Shown: piece by piece, positions 35,072 through 44,701 of the stretch
Layout of the letters: every line of letters begins with the position of its first letter
How positions within the stretch are numbered: position 1 is the stretch's first letter
DNA from: an uncultured Acidimicrobiaceae bacterium
GTDB lineage: Bacteria > Actinomycetota > Acidimicrobiia > Acidimicrobiales > RAAP-2
Reading direction: 5' to 3'
Length of the DNA stretch: 64,000 nucleotides
NCBI GenBank assembly: GCA_963753115.1
Contig: CAVWBB010000026.1
Span: forward strand, 439-64,438
Program-made: the position numbers and the translations under genes
The notes under the pieces: generated by a model
The model's input: the letters and a program-made list of their open reading frames with translations, nothing else
Database searches by the model: none
Told to the model about the DNA's origin: nothing

Positions 35072-35899
35072 ATGGCACTGCCGACACCCAAGGAGAACAC
35101 CACTGCGATCGTCACCGGCGCCTCGTCGGGCATCGGCGCGGAGATCGCCCGGGAGTTGGCGCGGCGCGGCTACGGGCTGACGTTGGTGGCGCGGCGCAAG
35201 GACCGCCTGAAGGCACTGGCCGACGAACTGGCGGAGGCCCACTCGATACGCGCCGAGGTGATTGCCGCGGACCTCACCGATGCCGACTCCCGTGGCGAGT
35301 TGCCCGCAGAGCTGTCGGCGCGCGGGCTCACTCCCGACATCCTCGTCAACAACGCCGGCTTCACCACGATGGGCGCCTCGTACCGGGCTGACCGGGCGGC
35401 CGAGCTCGCCATGGTGCGCACGAACGTGGAGGCGGTTGTCGACCTGTGCACGCTGTTCGTGCCGGGCATGGTGACGCGACATCGTGGTGCCGTACTCAAC
35501 ACCGCGTCGACAGCAGCCTTCCAGCCGCTGCCGGGGCAGGCCGGCTACGGCGCGTCGAAGGCCTTCGTGTTGTCGTACGGGCGCGCCCTGGGCGCCGAGC
35601 TCCACGGCACGGGTGTCACTCTGACCACGCTGTGCCCCGGTCCGGTCGAGACCGGCTTTGCCGAGGCGGCGGGCATGACAGACGAGGAGGCCGCAGAGAC
35701 GCTGCCCAAGATCATGTGGATCCCGGCCAGCGACGTGGCCAAGGCGGCGGTCGCTGGGCTCGACGCCGGCCGCGCCGTGGTGATCCCGGGAACGGCCAAC
35801 AGGGCCGGGGCCGCGTTGGCGCATCTTGCGCCGAGGTCGCTCCTCCTCCCGCTGATGGCGCGACGCCATCCGATGCTGAGGCCGGACCCGAAGGCGTAG
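35072..35899 (+). CDS. SDR-family oxidoreductase
   Basis: TGASSGIG, NNAG and YGASKAF catalytic motifs. Confidence 0.85.
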   Translation: MALPTPKENTTAIVTGASSGIGAEIARELARRGYGLTLVARRKDRLKALADELAEAHSIRAEVIAADLTDADSRGELPAELSARGLTPDILVNNAGFTTMGASYRADRAAELAMVRTNVEAVVDLCTLFVPGMVTRHRGAVLNTASTAAFQPLPGQAGYGASKAFVLSYGRALGAELHGTGVTLTTLCPGPVETGFAEAAGMTDEEAAETLPKIMWIPASDVAKAAVAGLDAGRAVVIPGTANRAGAALAHLAPRSLLLPLMARRHPMLRPDPKA

Positions 35900-36167
35900 A
35901 CCGCCCCTTCGCGCCAACGTCTGCGACGGCGCCGCCCGAATCGATGCCGTAGTGCACCGCCCGAATTGAGAGGGAGCGTGGCCGCCGCCAACGTCAGCGA
36001 CGCTGCCCGGCCACGCGCCCCACGCCGAGAACGGCGGTGTGGTGAACCCCTTGCGGTCTTCCCTGGTCACCCCCCTCATCACGCCCCCTCAGAGAGGTCG
36101 GGCGGGCTCCGGTAATCTTCGTCCTGTTGCGCCGCGACAGTATGCGGGGCACGGACATCGGGGGCTT

Positions 36168-37379
36168 ATGCCACAACTGGTCTCGGACCTGAACCTGCCC
36201 TACCTCGACACCCTGGGCCTGGAGCGCCGTGAGGCCGTCGAAGCCATTGCGGCCGCTCGCTCGGTCCACTGGCTGGCTCGCGGTGAACTGGGGTACTCGG
36301 TGACCAACCTGGCGGACGTCACGGCGATTCTGCGTGACCAGCGCTTCCACTCGGCGCTGTCGATGATCGCGGAGGCACCCGAGTTCCAGAACTCGAGCGC
36401 CCGCGGCCGCCGCAGCGAATCGATCCTGACCATGGAGGGCGACGCCCATGCCCGCCTGCGCCGGTTAGTGGCGCCCGCCTTCACGCCGGCGTCGGCCAAC
36501 CGCCTCCGTCCCACCATGCAACGGGTGGTCGGCGAACTCGTCGACCGGGTGGTCGAACGCGGCGAGTGCGAGCTGGTCGCGGACGTCTGCGAGCCCTACC
36601 CGATCCCCATCATCTGCGAACTGTTGGGCGCGCCGCCGGAGGACTGGAAGCTGTTCTCGGCGTGGGCGACCGACATCTTCCGGATCTTCAACGGGAACCT
36701 CGCCGAGGATCTCCCCCTGATTGAGCAGGCCGGCGAGGAGCTGACCGACTACGTCAGTGACATGATCACGGAGCGGCGCCGCAATCCCCGCGACGACTTC
36801 CTGAGCGATCTCATCGCCATCGAACAGGAGGGTGACCGCCTCTCGACCGACGAGATGGCGATGCTGGCGCAGGCGGTGCTCATGGCGGGTACCGACACCA
36901 CGCGGAACCAGCTCGCGTGCTCGGTGGCACTCTTCACCGAGCACCCGGACCAGTGGGCACTGCTGGCCGAGCGGCCCGAACTGGCGGGGCGAGCCGTCGA
37001 GGAGTCGATGCGCTACTTGGGCGCCGTGCGCAGCACGGCCCGCTTCGCCGCCGAGGACGTCGTCTACCGCGATGTGCTGTTCCCCGCCGGGACGTTGGTG
37101 GTCACCTCGCTGGCCGGAGCCAACCGCGATCCGGAGGCCTTCGATGATCCCGACGCCTTCGACATCACCCGTGAGCGCACCGCGGCGCAGATGACCTTCG
37201 GCTCCGGCATCCACTTCTGCATGGGCGCCGCCCTTGCCCGCGCCGAGCTGCAGGAGGCCCTCCCACTTCTGGCCCGGCGCATGCCGGCGCTCACGCGCGC
37301 CGGTGAGGTGGAATGGAAGCCCTCGACGTTCGGCATCTGGGGCCCGGCACGACTCCCGCTGCGCTTCGAGCCCTCCTAG
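36168..37379 (+). CDS. cytochrome P450
   Basis: Haem-thiolate loop FGSGIHFCMGAALA, EESMRY (ExxR), and I-helix AGTDTT. Start at ATG 36168. Confidence 0.9.
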   Translation: MPQLVSDLNLPYLDTLGLERREAVEAIAAARSVHWLARGELGYSVTNLADVTAILRDQRFHSALSMIAEAPEFQNSSARGRRSESILTMEGDAHARLRRLVAPAFTPASANRLRPTMQRVVGELVDRVVERGECELVADVCEPYPIPIICELLGAPPEDWKLFSAWATDIFRIFNGNLAEDLPLIEQAGEELTDYVSDMITERRRNPRDDFLSDLIAIEQEGDRLSTDEMAMLAQAVLMAGTDTTRNQLACSVALFTEHPDQWALLAERPELAGRAVEESMRYLGAVRSTARFAAEDVVYRDVLFPAGTLVVTSLAGANRDPEAFDDPDAFDITRERTAAQMTFGSGIHFCMGAALARAELQEALPLLARRMPALTRAGEVEWKPSTFGIWGPARLPLRFEPS

Positions 37380-37412
37380 GGCGCAGAGGTCGATCGGAGC
37401 GGTCCGATCCAA

Positions 37413-37441
37413 CCGGGGACGCCGTCTCCCGGCACTTTTTT
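37413..37441 (+). terminator. intrinsic terminator downstream of the P450 gene
   Basis: CCGGGGAcgccgTCTCCCGG hairpin followed by a T6 run at 37436-37441, which is rare in this GC-rich sequence. Confidence 0.7.
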
Positions 37442-37568
37442 CGCAGACTCTAAACAAGTTGGTTGAGAGTCTGTGGAGACATCCGGCGGCCCCCCCGTCA
37501 CGTCCCGGTAGGACAAGCCCCGGCGTCACGGCGACACGGCTTCACGGCGCCGCCGAAGGACAGCGCGA

Positions 37569-39668
37569 TCAGTCGCGCACTCCCGAGCCCACAACGAGCG
37601 AGTCTTCGGGCGCCTGGGACACGTTCGACGTGTCCTTCCCCGGATCGGCACGCCGCGCGACGCGGGTGCGCCGTGCCTCGTCGATCATGGCGCGCTGGTC
37701 CGCCACTGGCGGATCGTGCCCTCCGTAGGCACTCGCTGAAACAGACGCGGCCAACCGGCTCCACGTGGACGCGCCGGGCCCCGCAACCTCGTCAAGGCGG
37801 GCGGCGTACTCGACCAGAGTCTCCGAGGCTCGGCGCGGCCGACCGGCCCGCTGCCCCGCCCGTTCGATGCTGCGCGCCACCCGCGCCGCCCACGTCGGGG
37901 GCCGGGAGCGGCGCCAGCGCACCAGCACGACCACCAGCCCCGCGGCAGCGACGGCGGCGGCCACCGGCACCGGAGGGATCCGGCGCAGCGCCGAAGCGAC
38001 GTCGTGCAGTGCAGTCGCGCCGGGGCTGGGCGGGTTGAGCGGCACGGCCGCCGTCGGGTCGAAGTCCTGCCACCCGTAGCCAGGGAACCACACCTGGACC
38101 CAGGCATGCGCGTCGCTGGCGTGCACCTGGTAGAGGTCCGTGATCGGGTTGAACCCGCCCGGCACGTATCCGACCGCCTCGCGCGCAGGAATGCCGAGGG
38201 AGCGCAGCATCACCGCGAGCGATGTGGAGATCTGCTCGCAGAAACCCACCCGGTTGCCGAAGAGGAACTCGTCGACCGTGTCGGCGCCGGGCGGCAACGG
38301 CGGGATGTTCTCGGAGTAGCGGGTGTGGGTGCCGATCCAATGGATGAGCGACTGCACCTTGTCGTAGGTCGAGGCGTCTTTGGCCGTGACCGTTTGGGCC
38401 AGGGCGAGCACACGCGGGTAGGCATGCGGCAGCTGCACCTCCTGCAGTGCAACGTCCAGCGGAAGGGAATACGGGCTGTCGTCAGCACGGAGTTGTGCGG
38501 GAGTCGCCCGGTTGATCTGTGAGTCGACCGTGTAGACGGACCCCGTGCCCAGTCCGAGAGGCGACACGATCGTGCCGTCGCCGGCGACGTAGATCTTCCC
38601 GGCGGGGAACCACAGCTCGCTCGCGCTCTCCGCGTGGAACACGAGGTTCGCGGTCGGGTTCGCCACATAGAACGTCTGCAGGTCGCTCTGCCCGAAGGGG
38701 ACGTCGCCGAGAGAGATCGGGAGGACGAACGGCGAACTCTCGCGCAAGGGGCGGCGCGGGACCGCCTGGGACTCAGTCCAGCTCTGACCCTTCCACGTGT
38801 CGAAGGTCTCGCCCACCCAGTAGGACGGACGTTGGGCCCTGACCTGCATCACGAGCGCGTTGCCCAGGTCTCCCCGGAGCGCGGTGTTGAGGCTCCCCGC
38901 GAAGCCGAGATAACCGCCGACGCGGATGCGGCTGGTGGGACTGCCCGCCCGGGACAGCTGGGCCGCCACGCCGGAGTCCCCGGCCAGTCCGCCTGGGACT
39001 CCGACCGATCCCCCCGCCCCTGCCTTGGAGATGAAGGAGACGCGCGACGAGACGACGGGTGCAGGGAGGACGAGGAACACGGCGGCCGCCGCGGTCGACG
39101 TCGCCACGACGACCAGCACCAGGCCCGTCAACGACAGGCGGCCGCCGCCGCTCGCCGACGTCCACATCTCGCTCAGGCCCCACAGGCTGCAGCAGGCCCA
39201 AGCCACGACGAAGAGGCCGAAGCGGAGGTCGATCGCCAGCGCGCCGGCAACCGCCATCAGCCCGGCCGAGGCGCCCAGGGTGAAGAGCAGGTCTCGCCGG
39301 GACGGCACGTGGAACGAGTGGACCACCAAGACGGAGACGAGCAGGACTGTCAGCGGGTTGATGACGGACGTGACGCCTGCCGTCGGTGAACTCACCGCGT
39401 GGAAGAACCAGACGCACGCCGCGGTGGCGCCGACCGCCACCAAGAACTTCACCCAGCCGGGGGGTCGGGCCCGGGTGGCGTGGGAGAAGGCCATCCCCGC
39501 CGTGACGAGCACCATGGCGCCGATCGCCGTGGTCCAGGCGATCTCGTCCAGCGACGCGCTGGCGCCGATGGCCACCACGGCGGCACCCAGGCACGCCAGC
39601 CGGAGGCGGACCGAATCCTCGGGGATCCCCGGCTGGTTTGCCTTGCGCACCGCCTCGACGAGGCTCAT
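37569..39668 (-). CDS. transglutaminase-domain polytopic membrane protein (TgpA-like)
   Basis: Multiple N-terminal TM helices. Transglutaminase core GFCEQISTSLAVMLRSLGIPAR...HAWVQVWFPGYGWQDFDPT (Cys-His-Asp). Confidence 0.85.
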   Translation of the reverse strand: MSLVEAVRKANQPGIPEDSVRLRLACLGAAVVAIGASASLDEIAWTTAIGAMVLVTAGMAFSHATRARPPGWVKFLVAVGATAACVWFFHAVSSPTAGVTSVINPLTVLLVSVLVVHSFHVPSRRDLLFTLGASAGLMAVAGALAIDLRFGLFVVAWACCSLWGLSEMWTSASGGGRLSLTGLVLVVVATSTAAAAVFLVLPAPVVSSRVSFISKAGAGGSVGVPGGLAGDSGVAAQLSRAGSPTSRIRVGGYLGFAGSLNTALRGDLGNALVMQVRAQRPSYWVGETFDTWKGQSWTESQAVPRRPLRESSPFVLPISLGDVPFGQSDLQTFYVANPTANLVFHAESASELWFPAGKIYVAGDGTIVSPLGLGTGSVYTVDSQINRATPAQLRADDSPYSLPLDVALQEVQLPHAYPRVLALAQTVTAKDASTYDKVQSLIHWIGTHTRYSENIPPLPPGADTVDEFLFGNRVGFCEQISTSLAVMLRSLGIPAREAVGYVPGGFNPITDLYQVHASDAHAWVQVWFPGYGWQDFDPTAAVPLNPPSPGATALHDVASALRRIPPVPVAAAVAAAGLVVVLVRWRRSRPPTWAARVARSIERAGQRAGRPRRASETLVEYAARLDEVAGPGASTWSRLAASVSASAYGGHDPPVADQRAMIDEARRTRVARRADPGKDTSNVSQAPEDSLVVGSGVRD

Positions 39669-40624
39669 CGCCGCGCGCCGCTGCGGTCCACGGCTCCACC
39701 TCCGGCCGTGGTCGCCGTCTCCACCATCGTCCTCGCACCCTCCGACCCGTTGACCGCACGGGCCAACCGGCGTCCGGCGCTGCGACGGTCGGCCACGGGG
39801 GCCACGACCTGGCCCGCCGGCTCACGCGTGCCCAACAGAACGGGCGCGCCCCCTTCGAGCAGCCCGACGACCGTGCCCAGGGCGTCTTCGGCCACGCGCT
39901 CGGCCGCCTCGGGGTCCACCGGCAGGTCCACGTTGATCGTCACGGCCTTGGCGGCCGGCCGCTCCAGTTCGCGCACCATCACCTTCCCGGCATGGGCCGT
40001 CGACCGCCAATGGACCAGGCGCCGGCTGTCCCCGGGGACGTACGGGCGGACGCCGCGGGCCAGGCCCACATCGGCCCGGGGGCGATCGAGGACATCACCC
40101 GATCCGTCGTCGGGGTGGAGGCTCGGGGGCTGGGACCGGCCGCAGCGCGGGGAGACGTGGAGCGGCGACGGCAGGCGGAGCGTCACCCGCCGCGTCCACC
40201 ATTGCAGCGCGAACGGGGCGGCCGACGCGACATCGAGCGTCACCGCATCGTGGACGCCGCGGCGGACGGGGACGAGCGTGACCACGTCGGCCGGCGCGCC
40301 CCGTCGTCCTCCCGGCCCGACGAACACCTCGGGCCCGGGCGGCTCCACCGGGCGGACACGCACCCGGGTGCCGGCATCGACCCGCAGCTCCACCGGCAGA
40401 CCCGCGCTGCCGTCGGCCGGCGCGCTGCGCACGCTGATGCGCAGCCGGGTCACCACCACGCCGGGTGCCACCATGCCGATGAGGAGGGCGCCGAAGACGA
40501 GATCGCCGAGGACCTGGACCCAGCCCGAGCCCGCGTTGTGGGCGACGAGCCACCAGAGGCCGATGATCATGACGGCGGCGAGCATCGGCGCCCAGGGGCG
40601 CGCCGGCCGCGCCCGGCGGCTCAC
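39665..40624 (-). CDS. DUF58-family protein
   Basis: VRPYVPGDSRRLVHWRSTAHAGKVMVRELE signature. There are 4-nt overlaps with both neighbours. Confidence 0.85.
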   Translation of the reverse strand: MSRRARPARPWAPMLAAVMIIGLWWLVAHNAGSGWVQVLGDLVFGALLIGMVAPGVVVTRLRISVRSAPADGSAGLPVELRVDAGTRVRVRPVEPPGPEVFVGPGGRRGAPADVVTLVPVRRGVHDAVTLDVASAAPFALQWWTRRVTLRLPSPLHVSPRCGRSQPPSLHPDDGSGDVLDRPRADVGLARGVRPYVPGDSRRLVHWRSTAHAGKVMVRELERPAAKAVTINVDLPVDPEAAERVAEDALGTVVGLLEGGAPVLLGTREPAGQVVAPVADRRSAGRRLARAVNGSEGARTMVETATTAGGGAVDRSGARR

Positions 40625-41586
40625 GGTCTCGGTGTCGGAGTCGTTTCGAGGAGCCCGCGGACCACCGCGGCGGACTGCGCCGTGCCTTCGTCGCCCTCGA
40701 CCACGAGAATGCGGTGCGACAGGCAGTCCACCGCCACCGCCTTGACGTCGTCAGGAACCGCGTAACCCCGTCCATGGAGCACCGCGTGCGCCTGGGCCGC
40801 GCGCATGAGCCAGATGGCAGCGCGGGGGCTCGCGCCGAGATGCACGCCCGGCGCCGTCCGGCTGGCCCGGCACAGCCCCACCGCATAGGCCGCGACCGCC
40901 TCGGGCACGGTGACCGACTCGGTGGCCCGCTGGGCTCGCCCCCACTCCTCGGGGGTGCAGACCGGGCCGAGTTCAGCCAGGGCGTAGGTGCCACCGCGGT
41001 GCAGCGCCAGCTTCACCTCGTCCGTCGCATCGGGGTAACCGATGGCCGTGGCCATGGCGAACCGATCGAGCTGGCTCTCGACCAGCGGGAAGGTGCCGCG
41101 CTGCGAGTACGGGTTCTGCGTGGCGATGACGAAGTGGGGCTGTGGGAGCGGCCAGGACTGGCCGTCGACGCTGACCTGGCGCTCCTCCATCGTCTCGAGC
41201 AGCGCCGACTGCGTCCGGGGCGGGGTGCGGTTGAGCTCGTCGACGAGGACGACATGGGCGAACACGGGACCGGGACGGAAGTCCCAGGCGCCGGTGTCGG
41301 GCATGAACACCGACACCCCGGTGATGTCGGACGGGAGGAGGTCCGGGTGGCCCTGGACCCGCGAGAGATCGGCGCCGAGGGAGGTGGCGAGGCTCCGGGC
41401 CAACACCGTCTTCCCCACACCGGGCACGTCCTCAATGAGGAGGTGGCCGCCGGACAGGGCAGCCACCGCGGCTGCGACCAGCGCACCTTCGCTGCCCAGC
41501 ACGACCAGCTCGAGGTTCCGCACCAACGCCTGGCCGAGGGCGACGGCGGCATCGAGGTCGTGGACGCGCTCGTCGACGACGCTCAT
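40621..41586 (-). CDS. moxR: MoxR-family AAA+ ATPase
   Basis: Walker A EDVPGVGKT, Walker B VVLVDELNR, and the ATQNP and YPD motifs. GGAG lies upstream of ATG 41586. The track ORF is extended upstream artefactually. Confidence 0.9.
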   Translation of the reverse strand: MSVVDERVHDLDAAVALGQALVRNLELVVLGSEGALVAAAVAALSGGHLLIEDVPGVGKTVLARSLATSLGADLSRVQGHPDLLPSDITGVSVFMPDTGAWDFRPGPVFAHVVLVDELNRTPPRTQSALLETMEERQVSVDGQSWPLPQPHFVIATQNPYSQRGTFPLVESQLDRFAMATAIGYPDATDEVKLALHRGGTYALAELGPVCTPEEWGRAQRATESVTVPEAVAAYAVGLCRASRTAPGVHLGASPRAAIWLMRAAQAHAVLHGRGYAVPDDVKAVAVDCLSHRILVVEGDEGTAQSAAVVRGLLETTPTPRP

Positions 41587-41746
41587 GGAGTCTCCGCCTT
41601 CCCGTGGGCCACGAGAGCCAACACTACGGGTGCACGGCAGCCGTCCGGTCCTCGGCCCCCCTGTTCCACCTGGCCGGAGGGGATGTCCACCGACAGCGCC
41701 CGCCCGGCCTGCCCGTGACAACGGCCAGCGGGCGGTCCCGGTGCCT

Positions 41747-42313
41747 TCAGACCTGGCGCCCCAGGAAGGCCGCCAATTGGTCGGCCGGGGTGGCCCCTGC
41801 CGGGGCCTCGACCTGGGCTCCGAACGGCGAGGCGCCGTCGGGCCCGCGCATCGCGTCGGAGAGGAACGCCTGGGCGAAGCCGAGCAGCGCCGCCGCCAGC
41901 TCCGGATCGAGATCGGTGGGCTGGCCGGTGGCCCGCGCCAGGTCCCAGCCATGGGTGAAGGTGTCAATTGTGGCGATGTTGATGAAGACGCCACCGGGGA
42001 GCTCGGCGAAGGGAAGCGTGAGCGTCTTGTCCATGGCCCCATCGGCCTCGAACGCCGTGAGGGCGCGCGCCGCGCCCCTGTTGAACTCCGTGACGAAGTC
42101 ACCCGCGCAGAAGTCCGTCGCGTCGCCGCTCGCCGGCGCCACCCCGGTCTCCGCCGTCACGGCGAAGGAGAAGGTGCCGCCGACGACGTGGTTGATCAGC
42201 TCGCGCACCTGCCAGGACGCGCACGGGGTGGCCCCGTCCAGCTGCTGGGCGTCGACCCCGGCCAGCACGCCGGCAGTCGATGCGAACGCCTGCGCCAACA
42301 TGTCTGCGCCCAT
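41747..42313 (-). CDS. TIGR03086-type DinB-like metal-binding protein
   Basis: TPCASWQVRELINHVVGG and THGWDLARATG motifs typical of the mycothiol-type DinB superfamily. Start at ATG 42313. Confidence 0.75.
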   Translation of the reverse strand: MGADMLAQAFASTAGVLAGVDAQQLDGATPCASWQVRELINHVVGGTFSFAVTAETGVAPASGDATDFCAGDFVTEFNRGAARALTAFEADGAMDKTLTLPFAELPGGVFINIATIDTFTHGWDLARATGQPTDLDPELAAALLGFAQAFLSDAMRGPDGASPFGAQVEAPAGATPADQLAAFLGRQV

Positions 42314-42347
42314 GGTCCGAGTCCTTTCGGCAGCCTCAGGCAAAAGG

Positions 42348-42776
42348 CTAGGGCAGCGCGGCGGTGGCCTCACCCACGAGCTTGTCCTCGCCGTCGCCGT
42401 TGGACAGCGTCACCGTCATGTCCACCAGCTTCTTGCCGCCCTCTTCGCGCTTGGCCACGACGACGATCTTGGAGGAGAGCACCTCGTCGGGCCAGGTCTG
42501 GCGGGCGAAGCGGACCTGGTAGCGCGTCACGTTGCCGACGCCCACATAGTCCGTCAGCGCGGTGCCCAGCAGGCCCATGGAGAACATGCCGTGCCCGAAC
42601 ACGCTCGGTTGCCCGGCCTTCTGGGCCGCCACCTCGTCGTGGTGCATCGGGTTGAAGTCCCCCGACGCCCCGGCGTACTTGACGAGGTCGGTCCGGGTCA
42701 GCGTGTGCGATATGACCGGTGCCTCGTCCCCCACCTGCACGTCCTCGTAGGACAGTTTCTTCTCACCCATTGTCAC
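42348..42776 (-). CDS. MaoC-like (R)-specific hydratase/dehydratase, HadB-like subunit
   Basis: Hotdog-fold motif YAGASGDFNPMHHD...GHGM. Confidence 0.8.
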   Translation of the reverse strand: MTMGEKKLSYEDVQVGDEAPVISHTLTRTDLVKYAGASGDFNPMHHDEVAAQKAGQPSVFGHGMFSMGLLGTALTDYVGVGNVTRYQVRFARQTWPDEVLSSKIVVVAKREEGGKKLVDMTVTLSNGDGEDKLVGEATAALP

Positions 42777-42783
42777 GACCTCC

Positions 42784-43299
42784 CTAGGACCGGTGAATCA
42801 GGTTCATCCGCGCGGTCACGACCGGCTCGCCCGTCGACTCCTCGGTCCACTTCGTCTCCGAGCAGATGAAGGTCATCGTCCGGCCCTTCGACTCCTTCTG
42901 GTACACGTCGGAGATCACGCCGTCGCCGATCAGCACGTCCCCCACCTGCACGGGCCGGTGGTAGAGGAACTCCTCCTCGCCGTGCAGGATGAGGCCGCCC
43001 TTGGCCATCAGCGGCCCCATGACCGTCGCGAGCGGGTTGCCGGTCGGCTTGTCCGCCGGCTGCATCTCCGCGAACGTGCCGGAGAACTCCATCGCGAATG
43101 GCCACGTCGGCGGTGCCGGGATGTTGTCGAAACCGGCCTCCTTGGCCGCCCCGGGGTCGTGGTAGATCGGGCTCGCGCTCAGGACGGCGTCGGCGAAGTG
43201 CTGCACCGGCCCCCTTTCCACGACCACCTTGGACTTCCCCGTGGGCTGCCCGATGATGCTCTTGAGCACCTCTTCCTCTGATGCGGCATCGTCTACCAC
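42784..43299 (-). CDS. MaoC-associated hotdog-fold protein, HadA-like partner subunit
   Basis: PIYHDPGAAKEAGFDNIPAPPTW lacks the catalytic His-containing motif. It sits immediately upstream of the HadB-like gene, as in had operons. Confidence 0.7.
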   Translation of the reverse strand: MVDDAASEEEVLKSIIGQPTGKSKVVVERGPVQHFADAVLSASPIYHDPGAAKEAGFDNIPAPPTWPFAMEFSGTFAEMQPADKPTGNPLATVMGPLMAKGGLILHGEEEFLYHRPVQVGDVLIGDGVISDVYQKESKGRTMTFICSETKWTEESTGEPVVTARMNLIHRS

Positions 43300-43460
43300 G
43301 CTCTGCCTCCTCTCCCCGTCCGCCTTCGATCACCACCGTGTCCTCACGGCGGGCACCAGCCTGGGGCCGGCGCAGCGCCAAAGGTAGCGGGGTCCCCTCG
43401 GTGGCGCCCAATCCTCGCTCAGAGGCCGACCGCCCCCTGTGGTCGGTACCATCGGCCGCC

Positions 43461-44066
43461 ATGCCCGACTTCTTCGACGTGGTCCACACCCAGCGGGCGG
43501 CGCGCGCCTTCCTGCCCGACGACGTCGACGACGCCACGGTGGCACGGATCCTGACGGCGGCAACGCACGCCCCCAGCGCGGAGAACAGCCAGCCCTTCGT
43601 CTTCGTCGTCGTCCGCGACGCCGCTGTCCGTGCTGCCATCGGCGCGCTGACGGCGCGCATCTGGGAGGGCGGCGCCAGGGCGCTCGAGGAGCAGCGCCTC
43701 TCCCCCGCCTTCCTGCGCGACGTCGACCAGGGCGCCACCGGCGGTGTCGCCGCCGCACCCGTCCTCATCGTCGTGTGCGGCGACACCCGGCTGACCTACG
43801 CCAAGGCCATGGACGCCTCGGTCTTCCCCGCGGTGCAGAACCTGCTGCTGGCGGCCCACGCCATCGGACTCGGCTCGACCCTGACCACGCTTCCCGTGCT
43901 CGGCGGCGACGAGCTGGGCGGCCTGCTGGGCCTGCCGACGGAGGTGGTGCCCGTCGCCGTCATCCCGCTCGGTCACCTCCCGGCGCCCCTGGGCCCGCCA
44001 CGCCGCCAGCCGCTCGAGGAGAAGGCGCACCTGAATCGCTACGGGACGCCCTTCCCTCCCGCCTGA
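43461..44066 (+). CDS. nitroreductase-family protein
   Basis: RAARAFLPDDV...APSAENSQPF and NLLLAAHAIGLGS motifs. Start at ATG 43461. Confidence 0.8.
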   Translation: MPDFFDVVHTQRAARAFLPDDVDDATVARILTAATHAPSAENSQPFVFVVVRDAAVRAAIGALTARIWEGGARALEEQRLSPAFLRDVDQGATGGVAAAPVLIVVCGDTRLTYAKAMDASVFPAVQNLLLAAHAIGLGSTLTTLPVLGGDELGGLLGLPTEVVPVAVIPLGHLPAPLGPPRRQPLEEKAHLNRYGTPFPPA

Positions 44067-44119
44067 CCCAAGAGGAAACGACCTGACACCCACGTCAGGT
44101 CCGGGGATAGGGTGAGCCG

Positions 44120-44701
44120 GTGCAAGAGCATCACTACTACGTCGACATCGAGGCCAGCGTGGACGAGCTCTGGCAGCTCTTCTGGGCCCGCATCCCCCAC
44201 ACCCAGTCCGGGGATGTGACGATCGACATCCTCCATCCCGGCGACGACATCGGTGAGGGCCTCGTCCGCCACTGCTGGTTCCGCGTCCCCCGGTATCTGC
44301 TGACCGGTGGCAAGGGGCAGTCCTGGGAGTGGCTGACCGAGGTGACGCCGAAGGTGTCGTGGAAGTACAACGCCGTCGGCCGTCCACTGTTCTCCGAGGC
44401 CGAGGGCCACACCCGGCTGGAGGACCTCGGCAACGGGACGACCCGGGTGCACTTCTCCGAGACGTACCACGCCTTCAACCCGTTGCTGCGGGCCCTCCTG
44501 GAAAAGCGCGTGCACGCCTTCATCTCCAAGGACAACGACCGGCTCATCAAGGACTCGCTGACCATGGGGGTCGGCTATCTCCGCAAGGCCAAGGCCAAGG
44601 CGGCCGCCAAGGACGCGGTCCAGGGCGCAGTGCAGGACGCGGCCCAGGGCGCGGCGTCCCCTCCCGCCGGCAGCTCCGCCCCCGCATCCGACCCGGCGTG
44701 A
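44120..44701 (+). CDS. SRPBCC (START/polyketide-cyclase-like) domain protein with Lys/Ala-rich tail
   Basis: VDIEASVDELWQLF start and overall length fit the SRPBCC fold. This is a weak motif-level call. Confidence 0.6.
   Translation: MQEHHYYVDIEASVDELWQLFWARIPHTQSGDVTIDILHPGDDIGEGLVRHCWFRVPRYLLTGGKGQSWEWLTEVTPKVSWKYNAVGRPLFSEAEGHTRLEDLGNGTTRVHFSETYHAFNPLLRALLEKRVHAFISKDNDRLIKDSLTMGVGYLRKAKAKAAAKDAVQGAVQDAAQGAASPPAGSSAPASDPA

Noticed and set aside
36142-36192. 16-codon ORF (MRGTDIGGLCHNWSRT) overlapping the P450 start, considered as a biarylitide/atropitide-type P450-modified RiPP precursor
   Set aside because: It has no MxYxH-like or aromatic-rich core and no separate RBS, and it overlaps the well-supported P450 start at 36168. 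No other RiPP genes are nearby.
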